Shown here: piece after piece, positions 1 through 10,154 of the stretch
Layout: each line of letters starts with the position of its first letter
Numbering within the stretch: position 1 is the first letter of the stretch
NCBI GenBank assembly: GCA_963828165.1
Contig: CAWHDR010000001.1
Location: 32,001-96,000 of the forward strand
DNA: 64,000 bases
Source of the DNA: an uncultured Chloroflexia bacterium
GTDB taxonomy: Bacteria; Chloroflexota; Limnocylindria; Limnocylindrales; CSP1-4
Direction of reading: 5' to 3'
The notes under the pieces: generated by a model
What the model saw: only the letters and a program-made list of their open reading frames with translations
Databases searched by the model: none
What the model was told of the DNA's origin: nothing
Translations under genes and position numbers: made by a program

Positions 1-614
1 GCCGACTGGCGTCCGTACCGCTCGGGAAGGTACGCGCTGTGGCTGGGGCGCTCGATGCGCGGGTCGATGCGGTCGTGCGTTGGCAGGGCGGTGACCTATC
101 GCGGCTCGTCAGCGCTCGACACGCCCGGATGCACGAGATGATCGCCAGCTATCTCCGCGGCGTACCGGGCTGGCTCGTGGAACCCGAGGTCTCGTTCTCG
201 ATCTACGGCGAGCGCGGAATCATCGACGTGCTCGCATGGCACCCGACCACCCGCATCCTTCTCGTGATCGAACTCAAGACAGAGATCGTCGACCTCAACG
301 AGATGCTGGGAACGCTCGATCGCAAACGACGCCTTGCTTGGGCGATCGCGAAGGATCGGAAGTGGGAACCTGTCGCGGTTGGTACCTGGATCGTCGTGGC
401 GGACAGCCGCACGAACCGGCGTACGGTAGCCGAGCACCGGGCCGTCCTTCGAGCCAAGCTCCCGACCGACGGTCGAGGGGTCGCCGGGTGGCTGCGGCGG
501 CCGACCGGGCGCATCGATGCGCTCAGCTTCCTGCCAAATGTGCAAGGCCTGCACCTTGGCGTAGATCCAGCGCCAATTCGCCGCGTCGTCAGGCGCCAGT
601 CGCGTCCAAGGTGA
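1..614 (+). CDS. HTH plus PD-(D/E)XK nuclease-like protein, 5' truncated by window edge
   Basis: Frame is open from base 3 (RLASVPLGKVRAVAGAL...). Motif EVSFSIYGERGIIDVLAWH...LVIELKT matches the E..D..ExK restriction-endonuclease-like fold. An N-terminal HTH is inferred to lie upstream. Confidence 0.7.
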   Translation, partial: RLASVPLGKVRAVAGALDARVDAVVRWQGGDLSRLVSARHARMHEMIASYLRGVPGWLVEPEVSFSIYGERGIIDVLAWHPTTRILLVIELKTEIVDLNEMLGTLDRKRRLAWAIAKDRKWEPVAVGTWIVVADSRTNRRTVAEHRAVLRAKLPTDGRGVAGWLRRPTGRIDALSFLPNVQGLHLGVDPAPIRRVVRRQSRPR

Positions 615-772
615 GTGAAGTCCAAGCGTGGACTGAGGCAGATCGGCTCTTTTCCGAGGCGCCAGCTTCGCCGGCAGGGCACCCAACCGCCGCCAAGGTG
701 CAGGTGGCGCACGTATGACAGGAAACACGAGCCCGCTGGGCGATCACCAGCCGCTCCGGCCCGCTCGGCCCG

Positions 773-912
773 CTGCAACCGGCGACTGGCCGCCGCGTGC
801 CCGATGCGGCCCGCGACCTGGTCAGTGCCTAGCCGCCGGCCCCTGCAACCGGCGACTCGCCGCCGCGTGCCCGATGCGGCCCGCGACCTGGTCAGTGCCT
901 AGCCGCCGGCCC
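773..912. repeat. Tandem duplication, 2 x 70 bp
   Basis: CTGCAACCGGCGACT(G/C)GCCGCCGCGTGCCCGATGCGGCCCGCGACCTGGTCAGTGCCTAGCCGCCGGCCC at 773-842 and 843-912, one mismatch. The second copy contains the stop codon of the acyl-CoA dehydrogenase. Confidence 0.95.
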
Positions 913-2062
913 GCTTCAGGACTTCGCCCGCGACGATCTCGCGGTGGATCTGGTTCGTGCCCTCGTAGATCTGGGCGCCCTTGGCGTCGCGCATCAGGCG
1001 CTCCACCCCCGTCTCACGCGAATAGCCGCTCCCCCCGAACAGCTGGACCGCGTCGGTCGCGACCCGCATCGCCGTGTCGGACGCTGTCCACTTGGCGAGG
1101 GAGGACACCTCGGCCAGGGGCTCGCCGCGATCCTTGGCCGCCGCGGCCTCCCGGGTGAGCGCCCGCGCGGCCGCCACGTCCCGGGCCATCTCGGCGAGCA
1201 TGAATCGCAGGCCTTGCTGGTCCGACAGCGGCCCCCCGAACGCCTGCCGCTCCCCCAGGAAGCCCGCGGCGGCCTCGAGACCGGCCCGTGCCAACCCCAC
1301 GCACGCGGCCGCGATCGAGATCCTGCCCTCCCCCAGCGCAGAGAGGGCGATCCGGTACCCGTCCCCTTCCGCACCAAGACGGTTCGCGACGGGCACCTCG
1401 CAGCCCTCGAAGACCAGCTCTGCTGCCGGGCAGCCCCGGATCCCCATCTTTCGCTCGTGCGCCCCGAACCGGAACCCGGGCGTGCCCTTCTCCACGAGGA
1501 AGGCCGTGATCCCGGCGGCTCCGGCGTCTGGATCCGCGGTCGCGAACACGAGGTAGCGCTCCGCCTCCGGCGCGTTGGAGATCCAGATCTTCGTGCCGGT
1601 CAGCCGGTACGCCTCCGGCGCGTCCACCGGCCCAACCCGCTCCGCCCGTGTCCGGATCGCGGCAGCATCGGATCCCGCGTGCGGTTCGGTCAAGGCGAAG
1701 GCCCCCAGCGCCTCCCCGGCCTGCATCGCGGGCAGCCAGCGCTCGCGCTGTTCGTCGGTGCCCCAGGTCACGACCGGGTACTGCGACAGGATGTGGACGG
1801 AGAGCGACACGGCCATCGCCATGTCCGCGGCGCCCAGCTCCTCCATGACCAGCGTCCATCCCAGGTACGAGAACCCGGCTCCTCCCACGGCGGCGGGGAA
1901 GGGCGCAGCGGTCAACCCCAAGGTGCCCATCGCAGTGAACAGGGAGCGGTCGTAGCGCTCGGCCTCGTCGCGCTCGATCGCGCCCGGGGCAACCTCCCGC
2001 TGGGCGAACTCGCGAGCGGTCGCCTGGAGCAGTCGTTCCTCGTCCGTCAGCGCCGAGCCCAC
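899..2062 (-). CDS. Acyl-CoA dehydrogenase
   Basis: FALTEPHAGSD, GTKIWISN, KMGIRG and RDAKGAQIYEGTNQI motifs. Start moved to the GTG behind a TATCCT -10-like box. Confidence 0.93.
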   Translation of the reverse strand: MGSALTDEERLLQATAREFAQREVAPGAIERDEAERYDRSLFTAMGTLGLTAAPFPAAVGGAGFSYLGWTLVMEELGAADMAMAVSLSVHILSQYPVVTWGTDEQRERWLPAMQAGEALGAFALTEPHAGSDAAAIRTRAERVGPVDAPEAYRLTGTKIWISNAPEAERYLVFATADPDAGAAGITAFLVEKGTPGFRFGAHERKMGIRGCPAAELVFEGCEVPVANRLGAEGDGYRIALSALGEGRISIAAACVGLARAGLEAAAGFLGERQAFGGPLSDQQGLRFMLAEMARDVAAARALTREAAAAKDRGEPLAEVSSLAKWTASDTAMRVATDAVQLFGGSGYSRETGVERLMRDAKGAQIYEGTNQIHREIVAGEVLKRAGG

Positions 2063-2080
2063 GCGGGCTAGGATAGCGGC

Positions 2081-4771
2081 GTGCGAGAGCCGGGCGCGCC
2101 TGCCGATCACCCAGACGCCGCGGACCCCGCAGGTGCCACCACACTTCCGGCCGACGTCCCTTCAGGTTCCCCCGACCCGGTCGACGCGTTGAGCGTCCGC
2201 CTCGATCGGGAGCTGTCGCTGCTGGGCTCGCTGGCGACCGCCACCGGCGAGGCCCGGTCGCAGGCGACCCTGGCGCAGCGCGCACTCGACACCGTCATGT
2301 CGACGACGAGCGCGGATCATGGCTCGATCGTCCTGGCCGACGGCCCGGTCGGAAAGATGGCCGCGGTCAGGAACGTGCCTCCCGCCCTCGAGCACATCGC
2401 CGGTGATGTGGCGTGGTCAGATTCGCCGGGCATCCGGGCGCTCACGCCGATCGGCAGCGTGGTCCGCGGATCGGTCGATCGCCTGCCGCTCGACCCGGTT
2501 ACGCGGCGCGAGCTGATCGATGCCGGAATCCGCTCGTTGCTCCTCGTCGGGCTGCATCGCGAGGACGAACTGATCGGCGTCCTCAGTCTCGCGTGGGGTG
2601 AGGACGACGTGCCACTCCCGTCCGAGGCCCTCGCCCGGCTCGCGGCGACCACGATCGCCCGCGGCCTCGAGAACGCGAGGCTCGCCGAGGAGATCGTCCG
2701 GCGCAACGACGACAGACGCACGACCTCGGATCGATCGCGCAAGATCGACGACCTGGCCCGAGCTGGCGCGTCGGTCCGCTCGCTCGACGAGCTGGTCGAC
2801 CGATCGAGTCGGCTCATCAACAAGGCGCTCGGTGCGGCCGGGACGATGTACGCCCTCGTGGCATCCGACGGCGTCTCGTACGATCCATCCACCGTCGTCG
2901 CCGTCGATCCATCGATCGAGCGGTGGCTCCGGACGCACAGACCCGATCTCAGTTCTGCGTTCCTGCGCTGGCGGGCGGGAGAGGGGGCCTATCTCAGCGC
3001 CCTGGAACCGGGGGTCGTCTCCGCCACGGATATCGGCCTGGCGCGCGAGGCCGGCATCTCGTCCTACGCCGTCATGCCGATCCGCGTCGGGGAGGACGTG
3101 GTCGGCGCCGTGGCCTCCTACTTCGATCGCCCGATCACGGAGCTCCGCCTCGACCGACAGGATCTCGAACGCGTCGCTTCGATCGCATCCGTGGTGCTCG
3201 AGAACTTCCGGCTGCGGGAGCAGCTGGTGGGGGCAGACGAACGCTTTCGAGCGCTGTTCGCCGGTTCCCGCAGCCCCATGCTGCTGGCGTTGCAGGACGG
3301 CACCCTCGTGGATGCGAACGATGCGGCCCTGCGGCTCTTCGGATCCGAGCGGGAGTGGCTACTCGGCCGCCGACCCGAAGAGGTCGCGGCGTACGACTTC
3401 GAGCTGATCGCGACGCGACTCGAGGGCTTGCAGTTGGGCAAATCGTTCGCGGGGTCCGCGACGGTCATCCGTCGGGATGGGCGTCGACTCCCAGTCGAGG
3501 TCGAGACGACGCTTGTCCTGGTGGAAGGGGAGCCCCAATTCCTCGCCCGCATCGACGATCTCAGCGACCAGGAACGGCTGCAGAGCGAGCTCGTTGCGGC
3601 GCAGAAGATGGAGCTGGCCGGCCGCCTGGCGCCGGGAGTCGCCCACGAGCTCAGCAACCCGTTGGCGGCGATCGTTGGGTTCAGCCAGCTCATCCGCCGC
3701 GACCCGTCCCTGCCGGAGGACCTTCGGCATAACGCAGAGCTCTTGGTGGCGGAGGCCCAGCGGACCCAGGACATCGCCGGCAACCTGCTGGATTTTCTGA
3801 CCCACCGTCCGCCGGAGAGGCGCTCGACGCCCATCCGCGCCCTGATCGACAGCGTGCTCCGCCTGCAGGCCAGCAGTCTTGGCGCGGGCACGATCGAAGT
3901 CGAGGTCGGTGTCCCCGACGACCTCCCGCCGGTCGAGCTTGATCGGGGCCATCTCCAGCAGGTCCTCGTCAACCTGACCCGTAACGCGATCGAGGCCCTT
4001 GGGTCGGGCACGGGTCGCAAGATCGGGATCAACGCGGTTCGAGAAGGGCGATCCGGCGTCGACGAGCGGGTCCGGATCACCGTCGTGGACGACGGCGACG
4101 GCGTCGCACCCGAGCACGTGGACCGGCTGTTCGAGGCGTTCTTCACCACCAAGCCACCCGGCGAGGGCAGCGGTCTCGGCTTATCGGTATCGCAGGCCAT
4201 CGTGCGATCGCATGGCGGCGATCTGCGGTTTGCTCCATCCCCATCGCGAAGGGGCGCCGCGTTCACGTTCGACCTGCCGGTCCGGGCCACCTCGAAGGAG
4301 GGTGCCGTCGCCCCGTCGGCCTCAGGACGTGCGGGCGGGGGCGCGCCGGCCACGGGATCGGCCGCGGTCGCCCCCACCGTCGCGAGTGGCGGACGCGTCC
4401 TGGTCCTGGACGACGATCCGACCTTCCGTGCCTTCCTGGAGAAGGCCCTCGCCGCCCTCGGGTATGAGCCCGTGATCGCGGCCCGGGGGCCGGAGGCAGT
4501 GGACCTCGCGAGGGATGGCGACCCCGCGGCCATCCTGTGCGACCACCAGATGGTCGGCATGTCCGGGATCCAGGTCTACGAGGCCGTCGTCGGCAACCGG
4601 CCAGACCTGGCGAGGCGGTTCGTGATGATGAGCGGCGATGTGCTCGATCCGGCACTGGAGACGTTCGCGGCGACCCACGAGATGACGCGTCTGGCCAAGC
4701 CGTTCGATCTCGCCACGCTCGACCTCACGCTCCGCCGCGTGATGCGCGAGGGAGATCAGTCGCGCGGGTAG
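2081..4771 (+). CDS. Hybrid sensor histidine kinase (GAF-GAF-PAS-HisKA-HATPase-REC)
   Basis: H-box VAHELSNPL, N-box QVLVNLTRNA, G-boxes DDGDG and FFTTKPPGEGSGLGL, PAS (DANDAALRLFG), C-terminal receiver VLVLDDD...CDHQM...KPF. Confidence 0.92.
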   Translation: MREPGAPADHPDAADPAGATTLPADVPSGSPDPVDALSVRLDRELSLLGSLATATGEARSQATLAQRALDTVMSTTSADHGSIVLADGPVGKMAAVRNVPPALEHIAGDVAWSDSPGIRALTPIGSVVRGSVDRLPLDPVTRRELIDAGIRSLLLVGLHREDELIGVLSLAWGEDDVPLPSEALARLAATTIARGLENARLAEEIVRRNDDRRTTSDRSRKIDDLARAGASVRSLDELVDRSSRLINKALGAAGTMYALVASDGVSYDPSTVVAVDPSIERWLRTHRPDLSSAFLRWRAGEGAYLSALEPGVVSATDIGLAREAGISSYAVMPIRVGEDVVGAVASYFDRPITELRLDRQDLERVASIASVVLENFRLREQLVGADERFRALFAGSRSPMLLALQDGTLVDANDAALRLFGSEREWLLGRRPEEVAAYDFELIATRLEGLQLGKSFAGSATVIRRDGRRLPVEVETTLVLVEGEPQFLARIDDLSDQERLQSELVAAQKMELAGRLAPGVAHELSNPLAAIVGFSQLIRRDPSLPEDLRHNAELLVAEAQRTQDIAGNLLDFLTHRPPERRSTPIRALIDSVLRLQASSLGAGTIEVEVGVPDDLPPVELDRGHLQQVLVNLTRNAIEALGSGTGRKIGINAVREGRSGVDERVRITVVDDGDGVAPEHVDRLFEAFFTTKPPGEGSGLGLSVSQAIVRSHGGDLRFAPSPSRRGAAFTFDLPVRATSKEGAVAPSASGRAGGGAPATGSAAVAPTVASGGRVLVLDDDPTFRAFLEKALAALGYEPVIAARGPEAVDLARDGDPAAILCDHQMVGMSGIQVYEAVVGNRPDLARRFVMMSGDVLDPALETFAATHEMTRLAKPFDLATLDLTLRRVMREGDQSRG

Positions 4772-5619
4772 GTGTAGAAGCCTCGTCCTGTCTTCTGCCC
4801 GAGTTTCCCGGCCTCTACGAGCTCCACCAGCACGCGTGGCGGGCGCATGTGCTCGAGCCCCAGGCCGTCCTCCAGAACGCGCATGATCCCGAGACAGACA
4901 TCGAGCCCGATGAAGTCGGCGAGCTCGAGTGGCCCCATCGGATGGTTCAGCCCGATGCGCGCACCGGCATCGATGTCCTCCGCGCTCCCGACCCCCTCCT
5001 CGTAGGCCCGCATCGCCTCCCCGAGGAACGGCATGAGGATGCGGTTCACGATGAACCCCGGCCGGTCGATGGACACGATGACCTGCTTGCCGAGCTCACC
5101 GGACAGCGCACGCACGGCCTCGACGACCTCGTCCGTCGTCGATTCGGCTCGGATGAGCTCGACGAGCGGCATGACCGGGACGGGGCTGAAGAAATGCATC
5201 CCGATGAACCGGGAGCGGCGCGCAGGCTCGACCGCCTCAGCAAGCCGATGGATCGCGATCGAGCTCGTGTTCGAGGCGAAGATCGCGTGCGGCGGCGCAT
5301 GACGGTCGAGCTCCCGCCACAGCTCGGTCTTGACGGCCGCGTCCTCGAAGACCGCTTCGATGGAGAGGTCGGCTCCCGCGACTGCACCGATGTCGGCGGT
5401 CGGCTCGATCCGGGCCAGCGTCGTCTCTCGTTCGTCCGGCGTAAGGCGGCCCTTGTCCACGGCACGCTGGAGGTTCCCCGCGATACGTTCCCTGCCCGCC
5501 GTGGCCCGGGCGAGCTCGGGTTCGTACAGCGCGACGTGCTTGCCGATGGCGGCGTGGACCTGGGCGATGCCATGGCCCATCAGCCCGGCACCGGCCACGA
5601 ATACACGCTCGATCGTCAC
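4756..5619 (-). CDS. 3-hydroxybutyryl-CoA / 3-hydroxyacyl-CoA dehydrogenase
   Basis: GAGLMGHGIA Rossmann motif, ASNTSSI, GMHFFSPV, PGFIVNR, HPMGPLELAD. Confidence 0.93.
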   Translation of the reverse strand: MTIERVFVAGAGLMGHGIAQVHAAIGKHVALYEPELARATAGRERIAGNLQRAVDKGRLTPDERETTLARIEPTADIGAVAGADLSIEAVFEDAAVKTELWRELDRHAPPHAIFASNTSSIAIHRLAEAVEPARRSRFIGMHFFSPVPVMPLVELIRAESTTDEVVEAVRALSGELGKQVIVSIDRPGFIVNRILMPFLGEAMRAYEEGVGSAEDIDAGARIGLNHPMGPLELADFIGLDVCLGIMRVLEDGLGLEHMRPPRVLVELVEAGKLGQKTGRGFYTYPRD

Positions 5620-6812
5620 CCCGGAAGCGTACCCGGTGACCGCACGACGGGCCGTACGAGTGTTGCTCGCACGAGCCTGAGGAGCACGCTCCCGCCGAAC
5701 GCGAAGAACGCCGACGCGATGAAGATGCCGCCGAACCCGATCGATCCCACCAGCATCCCCAGGATCGCGGGCGACATCCCGAACGAGAGGTCCACGAACG
5801 CCGTCGTGGTCCCGACGACGGTCCCCCGCTCCGTCTCATCCACGCGTGCCACGGCAAGCGCCATGAGGGCCGGGAACAGGAAGGCGATCCCGAACGCGAA
5901 GATGGCCGTCCCGACGTAGACCCCGATCGGACTGCCGACCAGACCGAGCACGCCGAGCCCGAGGGCGGAACCCACCAGCGCGACCCCCGACAGGCGAGCC
6001 GCGCCGACCTGGTCGGGGAGCTTCGCAAAGACGATCCGGAGCACGACCACGATGAGCGCGTACATCGCAAACGGAATCCCAGCCCCGCCCATCCCGAGCT
6101 CGGTCGTGTAGAGCGGAAGGAACGCGAAGTATGCCGCCATGCCCCAGGTGCCGGTCATGATCAGGAAGCCCGGCAGGAAGCCGGCAGGATGGATGAGTGG
6201 CGTGCGCGGTGGCCGTTCGCCGGTCTCGCGCTGGCGCAGCGTGCCGGGTGCGGTCTCCGGCACGAGCAGCGTCAGCAGGGTCGCGACGCCCGCCATCGCC
6301 GCGGCCGCAAGCCACACCGCGTCGAACCCGGCCAGGCCGAGGATCGTTTCACCGAGGAACGGGCCGAACGCCAAACCCAGGTAGACCGCGAGCGAGCCGA
6401 TGTTGATGGCCTCGCCACGACGCTCTGGTGGGGCGAGGTCGCTGACCGCGGCGAGGAGCGCCACGAAGAAGAAGGCCTCGGCGATCCCGAGCAGCGACCG
6501 GGCGACCACGAACAGCGGCAACGTCGTGGCGACCAGGTGGAACAGCAGCGCGACGACCGTCAGCAGGCCGCCCAGCACCAGCAGCGGCCGCCGGCCGAAG
6601 CGATCCGAGGCCCAACCGACCACGGGACGCAGCGCGAGGGCCGCGATCGCGAAGGCGCCGATCGAGATGCCGACACCGGTCGCATCGGCATGCAGCGGGC
6701 CGGCAGCGAAACGGGAGGCCACGGGCAGCACGACGTTGCCGGAGGTGAAGAACACGAGCGCGGCCGCGAACAGCGCGGCGAACGCCGGTGTGAAGAGCCG
6801 CGGCGATGTCAT
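5616..6812 (-). CDS. MFS transporter
   Basis: GWASDRFGRR motif A and about 12 hydrophobic segments. Start MTSPRLFT overlaps the meaB stop. Confidence 0.9.
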   Translation of the reverse strand: MTSPRLFTPAFAALFAAALVFFTSGNVVLPVASRFAAGPLHADATGVGISIGAFAIAALALRPVVGWASDRFGRRPLLVLGGLLTVVALLFHLVATTLPLFVVARSLLGIAEAFFFVALLAAVSDLAPPERRGEAINIGSLAVYLGLAFGPFLGETILGLAGFDAVWLAAAAMAGVATLLTLLVPETAPGTLRQRETGERPPRTPLIHPAGFLPGFLIMTGTWGMAAYFAFLPLYTTELGMGGAGIPFAMYALIVVVLRIVFAKLPDQVGAARLSGVALVGSALGLGVLGLVGSPIGVYVGTAIFAFGIAFLFPALMALAVARVDETERGTVVGTTTAFVDLSFGMSPAILGMLVGSIGFGGIFIASAFFAFGGSVLLRLVRATLVRPVVRSPGTLPG

Positions 6813-7801
6813 CCGGCCCGGAGCTCCCTGAGCAGCCGGTCGGCGGCGGCATACGGGTCGAGCCGATGGGCCGCGACGTCCTCGAGGACGGCCTCGGTGC
6901 TCACCGCGCGTTCCGGCGCGACCAGCGAGGCGCGGAGCCGCTCGCCCAGGATGGCCCACACCTGCGCCTCCGCGCGCGTCCGCCGTGCGCCACCGCTCTC
7001 CTTCGCGCGGCCGGTTGCTCGGTGCCGGTCCAGCGCTGCCAGGAGCTCGGGCACGCCCTCGCCCGTGGAGGCCGTCGTGACCATGACCTCGGGGCGCTTC
7101 GGTGTCGGTCGATCCGTGGGCGTCCGCGCAACGGTCGGGACGAGCATCGCGCGGAGCTGCGCGGCCGTCCGCAACGCCCCGGGCTTGTCTCCCTTGTTGA
7201 CGACGACCAGGTCCGCGACCTCGAGCAGGCCGGCCTTGATCGCCTGGACCTCGTCGCCCATCTCGGGGGCCTCCAGGACGACGGTCGTGTCGGCGGCCGC
7301 GGCGACCTCGACCTCGCTCTGGCCGGTCCCGACGGTCTCGATGAGCACGAGATCGAACCCCGCGGCATCGAGCACCGCGGCGGCGGTCGTCGTCGTCGAG
7401 GCGAGGCCCCCGGCGTGTCCGCGCGACGCCATCGAGCGGATGAAGACGTCGCCATCGCCGGCGTACGACTGCATCCGCACACGGTCGCCGAGCAACGCGC
7501 CGCCGGTGATCGGCGAAGACGGATCGACCGCCACGACGGCAACGGCTCGGCCGGCCGCCCGGACCACGCCGATCAGCGCGGCCACGAGCGTGGACTTGCC
7601 CGAGCCCGGCGGCCCGGTGATCCCGACGAGGTGGGCCTTGCCGGCGACCGGATACAACCGCCGCAGCGCCGCCTCGGCGAGTGGTGTCCGGTTCTCGACG
7701 GCGGTCAGGAGCCTAGCCAGCGCTCCGCGATCGCCGGCCATCGCTGCATCGGCCAGCTCCGTCGCCCGGCTCGAGACCTGGGGAGTGGCGTCCTCCCCCA
7801 C
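6809..7801 (-). CDS. meaB: Acyl-CoA mutase-associated GTPase MeaB/ArgK
   Basis: GITGPPGSGKST, AVDPSSP..GGALLGDRVRM, ETVGTGQSE, NKGD. Lies directly downstream of the B12-binding subunit. Confidence 0.93.
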   Translation of the reverse strand: MGEDATPQVSSRATELADAAMAGDRGALARLLTAVENRTPLAEAALRRLYPVAGKAHLVGITGPPGSGKSTLVAALIGVVRAAGRAVAVVAVDPSSPITGGALLGDRVRMQSYAGDGDVFIRSMASRGHAGGLASTTTTAAAVLDAAGFDLVLIETVGTGQSEVEVAAAADTTVVLEAPEMGDEVQAIKAGLLEVADLVVVNKGDKPGALRTAAQLRAMLVPTVARTPTDRPTPKRPEVMVTTASTGEGVPELLAALDRHRATGRAKESGGARRTRAEAQVWAILGERLRASLVAPERAVSTEAVLEDVAAHRLDPYAAADRLLRELRAG

Positions 7802-7802
7802 C

Positions 7803-8207
7803 CTAGTCGCGCGGCCGTGCGTTGGCTCGCAGGAACTCCGCGACCGCGGCGATCGTCGTGCCCGGGCCGAACACCGCCGCGACCCCCGCGTCGCGCAGTG
7901 GCTGGACGTCGTCGTCGGGGATGATGCCGCCGACGGTGACCAGGACGTCACTGAGGCCGGACTCGGCCAGCAGCTTCGTGATGCGCGGCACGAGCGTCAT
8001 GTGCGCACCGGACAGGATCGACAGGCCGACCACGTCGACGTCTTCCTGGAGCGCGGCCGTGGCGACCATCTCGGGCGTCTGGCGAAGCCCGGTGTAAACG
8101 ACTTCGAATCCTTCATCGCGCAGCCCGCGCGCGAGCACTTTCGCCCCGCGGTCGTGGCCGTCCAATCCGGGCTTCGCGATCAGCACCTTGAGCGGTCGAT
8201 CGGTCAT
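7803..8207 (-). CDS. Cobalamin-binding small subunit of acyl-CoA mutase (IcmB/MCM C-terminal-like)
   Basis: [14 protein letters not shown] (DxHxxG), [18 protein letters not shown]. Confidence 0.93.
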   Translation of the reverse strand: MTDRPLKVLIAKPGLDGHDRGAKVLARGLRDEGFEVVYTGLRQTPEMVATAALQEDVDVVGLSILSGAHMTLVPRITKLLAESGLSDVLVTVGGIIPDDDVQPLRDAGVAAVFGPGTTIAAVAEFLRANARPRD

Positions 8208-8237
8208 GCCCGGATTGTATGGGACGGCCACGCTCTC

Positions 8238-9059
8238 CTACGCGTTTGCTCGCGCAAACGTCCGGGCCGCGAACCAGACGGAGAGGACGGCGAGGATCGA
8301 CGTGATCCCGACGCCGATGACGATCTCCGGATCGCCCCACTGTCCGTTGAACAGCGACCGGGCCGCATCGACCGCGTGGGTCAAGGGATTGATCGTGCTC
8401 AGGAACTGGAGCCAGTCCGGCGCGAGCGCCATCGGCAGCAGGATCCCCGACAGCAGGAGCATCGGCATCGTCAGGCTGTTGACGAGCGGCGCGAACGCGT
8501 CCTCGCTGCGCAGGATGAGCGCCCCGCTGTACGAGAGCGGTGCGAAGACGAGCCCGATGAGGACGAGCAGCCCGAGCACCACGATCACGCCGACCGGATC
8601 GACGACGAGTCCGAGCGGGATCGCCAGCACGATCAGCAGGATCGCCTGGAGCATCAGGATCGTGGTGTCGCGCAGCGACCGACCGAGGAGCATCGCGGTC
8701 CGGCTCATCGGCGTGACGCGCATCCGCTCGATGACGCCACTGCGCAATTCCGCGATGAGCCCGAAGCCGGAGAACGCGGTCGCGAACATCGCGATCTGGA
8801 TGATCAGGCCCGGCACGAACCAGTTGAACGCGTTCGTGCCCGTGTTGGCCGCCTGGGTGGCGCCCTCGAGCAATGGACCGAACAGGAAGAGGTAGAGGAG
8901 CGGCAGCATCATCCCGAAGATGATCCAGACGGGCTGCCGGATCGTCAGCCACAGGGAGCGGTGGTAGATGAGCCAGGTGTCACGGAGGGTCTGCACGATC
9001 GGATTCCTCGTCGTGTGAACGGGGTTGACATCGATGGCGGTGGCCGCAGGTGCGCTCAT
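8238..9059 (-). CDS. ABC-2 type exporter permease (DrrB-like)
   Basis: About six TM segments, ELRSGVIERMRVTP, INPLTHAVDAAR. Coupled to the ATPase gene. Confidence 0.9.
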   Translation of the reverse strand: MSAPAATAIDVNPVHTTRNPIVQTLRDTWLIYHRSLWLTIRQPVWIIFGMMLPLLYLFLFGPLLEGATQAANTGTNAFNWFVPGLIIQIAMFATAFSGFGLIAELRSGVIERMRVTPMSRTAMLLGRSLRDTTILMLQAILLIVLAIPLGLVVDPVGVIVVLGLLVLIGLVFAPLSYSGALILRSEDAFAPLVNSLTMPMLLLSGILLPMALAPDWLQFLSTINPLTHAVDAARSLFNGQWGDPEIVIGVGITSILAVLSVWFAARTFARANA

Positions 9060-10042
9060 GCCGCCGGCTCCTCTCGAAGGGATCGGCCGGTCTGGCGCAG
9101 GAAGACGTCGTCGAGGCTCGGGCGGGCGAGGGTGATGGTCCGCGCGCTCAGCCCGGCGCCATCGAGGATCCGCAGGATCTGCGGCACGGCCGTCTCGCCC
9201 TGGTCGACGTAGAGCCGGATGAGCTCGTCCTCGCTGCTCGCCTCGCGAACGAACGCCTGATCGCGGACCGTTGCCAGGATCTGCTCGCGGTCGCCGTCGA
9301 TGCCGAGGGTGATGACGTCACCCGCGACCTGTCGCTTCAGCGCATCCGCGGTGCCCTCGGCCACGATCTTCCCGTGGTCGATGATCGCCAGCCGGTCCGC
9401 CAGCGCGTCCGCCTCCTCCAGGTAATGGGTCGTGAGGAAGACCGTCGTGCCGCGCTCGCGCAGGACGCGGATCTCGTCCCACATGCGGGCGCGCGCCTGC
9501 GGGTCGAGGCCGGTCGTCGGCTCGTCGAGGAACAGCACGGCCGGCCGGTGGACGATGCCGAGGCCCACGTCGAGCCGGCGGCGCATGCCCCCGGAGTACG
9601 TGCCGGTTCGGCGGTCAGCGGCGGCGGTCAGGTCCAGCGCGTCGAGGACCTCGATGGCTCGCGCCACCGCGGTCTTCTTGTCCATCCCATACAGGCGACC
9701 CTGGATGACCAGTTCGCCGCGGCCCGTCTCGGACGGGTCGGTGGAGCCGCCCTGCGGCACGTACCCGATGCGGCGCCGGACTTCCTGGGGTTCCCGGGCG
9801 AGATCGACGCCGGCGACGGTGGCGCTGCCGGAGGTCGGCGACAAGAGTGTGGCCAGCATCCGCAGGGTCGTCGTCTTGCCGGCTCCGTTCGGCCCGAGGA
9901 AGCCGAAGATCTCGCCGGCACCCACCTCGAGGTCGACGCCGCGGACGGCCTCGACGTCGTCCGCCTTGCCGCGGATCCTGAAGGTCCGCCGCAGCTCGTG
10001 GGTCTCGATCATCCTCTGGTTCGATCTGATCATCGTGACCAT
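9056..10042 (-). CDS. ABC exporter ATP-binding protein (DrrA-like)
   Basis: GPNGAGKTT, YSGGMRRRL, LFLDEPTTGLD, C-terminal SLDDVFL. Confidence 0.93.
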   Translation of the reverse strand: MVTMIRSNQRMIETHELRRTFRIRGKADDVEAVRGVDLEVGAGEIFGFLGPNGAGKTTTLRMLATLLSPTSGSATVAGVDLAREPQEVRRRIGYVPQGGSTDPSETGRGELVIQGRLYGMDKKTAVARAIEVLDALDLTAAADRRTGTYSGGMRRRLDVGLGIVHRPAVLFLDEPTTGLDPQARARMWDEIRVLRERGTTVFLTTHYLEEADALADRLAIIDHGKIVAEGTADALKRQVAGDVITLGIDGDREQILATVRDQAFVREASSEDELIRLYVDQGETAVPQILRILDGAGLSARTITLARPSLDDVFLRQTGRSLREEPAA

Positions 10043-10108
10043 GTCCTTTCCGGTGCCGGGCCGCTATGCTGAGTCGGGTCACTTGCGCCGTTCAGCATCT
10101 TGGGTCAT

Positions 10109-10127
10109 TATCTGCACGGTTCAGATA
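10109..10127. promoter_or_regulatory. Putative MarR operator palindrome
   Basis: TATCTG-N7-CAGATA between the divergent drrAB-like operon and the marR gene. A related half-site (GTTCAGCAT) lies about 28 nt away. Confidence 0.55.
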
Positions 10128-10154
10128 GTTACCCATACAGAAGCTGGTGTCAAC

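Noticed and set aside
773-912. Possible CRISPR array or IS terminal repeats
   Set aside because: A head-to-tail duplication with no spacer, no inverted ends and no transposase.
6189-9212. 1007-aa plus-strand ORF and many other long antisense ORFs (e.g. 21653-23419, 57636-59738, 54736-56799)
   Set aside because: Shadow ORFs opposite well-supported genes, typical of high-GC DNA, with no recognisable motifs.
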